From an uncultured Acidobacteriota bacterium (GTDB taxonomy: Bacteria > Acidobacteriota > Thermoanaerobaculia > Thermoanaerobaculales > Sulfomarinibacteraceae), in NCBI GenBank assembly GCA_963704125.1, contig CAVPHA010000015.1:34587-98586 (forward strand): 64,000 bases of DNA. The letters are read 5' to 3'. The notes under the pieces are model-generated. The model searched no databases. It had not been told where the DNA came from and saw only the letters and a list, made by a program, of their open reading frames with translations. Both the position numbers and the translations under genes were made by a program. Position 1 is the stretch's first letter. Every line of letters starts with the position of its first letter. This document shows, in pieces, positions 61,817 through 64,000 of the stretch.

Positions 61817-62466
61817 TCAGGCTGAGCCCGCGGCGGTCTTCTCCGCCGGCTGATTGGTGATCATCGTCCGCCCGGTCGACGGATCCGTCATCATCCGAAC
61901 CTGGACGGTGCGATAGCTGCCCGACAGACGATAGGGTTTGCCGGTGTAGATGGTGAGAATCTGCGAGACGTAGTTCCGGGTCTCGTTGTAGGGCGGGACC
62001 CCGCGGTAGCGGGCAACCGCTCCTTCGCCGGCGTTGTAGGCCGCCAGCGCGAACTGGAGGTTGCCGCGGTACACGATCGACGAGCCGGGCAAACTCACGG
62101 ACGCCGCCGCGGACGTTCTGCTCCGGATCGAACGGGATCGGCGACACCGAGTCTGTTCGCGGTCGCCGGCATCAGCTGCATCAGACCCATGGCGCCCTTG
62201 CGGCTGACGGCGCTGCGGGTCATAACCCGACTCGACCCTGACCAGGGCATCCACGAGCTTCGGATCGAGACCATGCTCGACGACTCACCTGCCGGACGAG
62301 CTCGCGCACCCCGGACGCTCGAGGACACGACCGTCCCGGCGACCGGAGCCGACGGCCCGGCAGCCCACGCCGCGCCCGTCATGAGACAACATGACGACAC
62401 AGCTGCACAGCAAACGCACGAACGCCACGTTACTATTATTGCAGATATCGGCTTCCGGGAGGCCAT
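61817..62466 (-). CDS. Soluble lytic transglycosylase domain protein (Slt/GH23), about 3 frame interruptions
   Basis: Signal [12 protein letters not shown]...AAWA; [14 protein letters not shown]; [18 protein letters not shown]; [32 protein letters not shown]. Confidence 0.8.
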
Positions 62467-62519
62467 CCGCTTTGTCCCACACGTCACAAACACCCCTGGA
62501 TTCACCGTTTTCCGCCAAA

Positions 62520-63870
62520 ATGGAGGGCGCCGGTCTGGCCGATGCCGCCATGGCCGCATTCCGCCACCACCTCGAACGGTTCCTCAACGGCGACACCGGC
62601 ACCCTCGGCCGCGAGCAGATCGAGCCGGTCAGCACGCTGGCCGAGATCGAGAACTCCGGACCAACGCGATCTCGACCGGGAGCTCCTCGCCCGGACGGTG
62701 GTCATCAAGCTCAACGGCGGCCTCGGAACAAGCATGGGACTCGAGACCGCCAAATCGCTCATCGAAGTCCGCCCCGGAACGTCCTTCCTCGATCTCGTCG
62801 CCCGGCAGATCTTCGCTCTGCGACAGCGCACGGACAGTTCGATACCGCTGCTCCTGATGAACAGCTTTCGCACCGAGAAAGACACCGACCGACGCCCTCG
62901 CGGCCTATCCCGGTCTCGCCGCGGACGGTCTTCCCCTCGGATTCCTCCAGCACCGGGTGCCGAAGATCCACATCGAGGATCGACTGCCCGGTGGCGTGGG
63001 CCGCCGATCCCGAGCTCGAGTGGTGTCCGCCGGGACACGGCGACATCTACACCGGGCTCGCCACCTCCGGGAATCCTCGATCTCCTCCTCGACAAGGGCT
63101 TCGAGTACGCCTTCATCTCGAACTCGGACAATCTCGGTGCGGTCCTCGACCCGGATCTGCTCCGGCACATGATCGGATCAGGCGCCGAGTTCATGATGGA
63201 GGTGGCCGATCGAACCCCGGCCGACCGCAAGGGCGGCCATCTCTGCCGCCTCCGCGACGGACGGTCTCGCCTTGCGCGAATCCGCGCAGTGCCCACCCGA
63301 CGAGCGTCGACGACTTCCAGGACATCCACACGCACCGCTTTTTCAACACCAACAACATCTGGCTGTCGTTGCCGGCTCTCGCGGCTCTCCTCGACCGCCA
63401 CCACGGGTTCCTTCCCCTGGACACCATCGTCAACCGCAAGACCGTCGATCCCCGCGACCCGCGACTCGCCCGCGGTGGTCCAGCTCGAAACCGCCATGGG
63501 CGCCGCGATTTCTCTCTTCGATCGCGCCATCGCGGTTCGCGTGCCGCGGCGGCGGTTCTCGCCGGTCAAGAACACCGACGATCTCCTCGGGGTTCGATCC
63601 GACGCCTTCGAACTCACCGATGACGGGCGGATCGTGCTCGCAGCGAACCGCAACGCCCCGCCCACCATCCAACTCGATCCGCGGTACTTCAAGCTCCTCG
63701 ACGACTTCGACCAGCGATTCCCGGCCGGGCCTCCGTCCCTGGTCGGATTGCACGAGCCTGCGGGTCGATGGCGACGTCACCTTCGGCGGCGGGTGTCGTC
63801 ATCGAGGGCGAGGTGATGATCCGCGGCAGCGAGGAACCGAGCCGGATTCCGGACGGGGCGGTGCTCAGGG
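62520..63870 (+). CDS. UTP--glucose-1-phosphate uridylyltransferase, UDPGP (eukaryote-like, PF01704) family, about 6 frame interruptions; 3' end uncertain
   Basis: ATG 62520: MEGAGLADAAMAAFRHHLERFLNG. VVIKLNGGLGTSMGLETAKSLIEV; IPLLLMNSFRTEKDT; GFEYAFISNSDNLGA; EFMMEVADRTPADRKGGHL; VQLETAMGAAISLF; RFSPVKNTDDLL. The stop is not confidently placed (63820-63960). Confidence 0.75.
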
Positions 63871-64000
63871 GCGAGCACCGGGCGTTCGAACCGCGCTCGA
63901 TCCGGAACGATGTTCACCGCTTCGACAGCGATCCGACCGTCCCAGTTGTCGGCGATAGTCTCGCGCAGCATCGAACGCATCGCCAATCAGCTGAAAAGGA

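Noticed and set aside
63777-63986. 69-aa minus-strand ORF at the right edge (MAMRSMLRETIADNWDGRIAVEAVNIV...)
   Set aside because: There is no recognisable family, and it overlaps the unresolved 3' end of the UGPase gene in a frameshift-dense block. Real or not cannot be decided from this window.

Overview
High-GC (about 65-68% by eye) bacterial chromosomal fragment, probably from a metagenome-type assembly. The lineage cannot be fixed from sequence alone. The TIGR02999-type ECF sigma plus Ser/Thr kinase pair and the RKDAK-type repeat translations suggest Acidobacteriota, Gemmatimonadota or Planctomycetota-like genomes, with low confidence. I can support about 50 protein-coding genes. Housekeeping: alaS, recX, deoD, trxA, tsaE, nnr, pntAA/AB/B, a UvrD-like helicase and an acyl-CoA carboxyltransferase. 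Envelope and surface: pilT, mltA, an Slt-type transglycosylase, mscS, an FAAL-ACP-O-antigen-ligase-like set with an MsbA-like ABC exporter, a GT2 and a PilZ protein, and a eukaryote-type UGPase. Regulators: GbsR-like, OmpR/HK, MocR, ECF sigma plus STK. Also a TatT-DctPQM TRAP system, a Phd/VapC toxin-antitoxin pair, a phasin, and several secreted or unknown proteins. I found no rRNA, tRNA, CRISPR array, transposase, integrase or phage genes. Two things stand out. (1) Nearly every longer intergenic gap holds a modular, heptad-periodic palindromic element with the grammar TTGAAC-like joint, tandem 7-mers, CATCGCA, spacer or core, then the inverted copy. There are at least 14 copies, about 5% of the window, in several 7-mer 'alphabets', and some carry unrelated 240-330 bp cores like MITEs. 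(2) Reading frames are broken by +/-1 shifts in a mosaic pattern: multi-kb blocks with no shifts alternate with blocks carrying roughly one shift per 250-400 bp. Housekeeping genes are hit too, so I treat the broken genes as CDS with probable consensus indels, not proven pseudogenes. All coordinates for interrupted genes are stitched by eye from the six-frame track, and frameshift counts are approximate.
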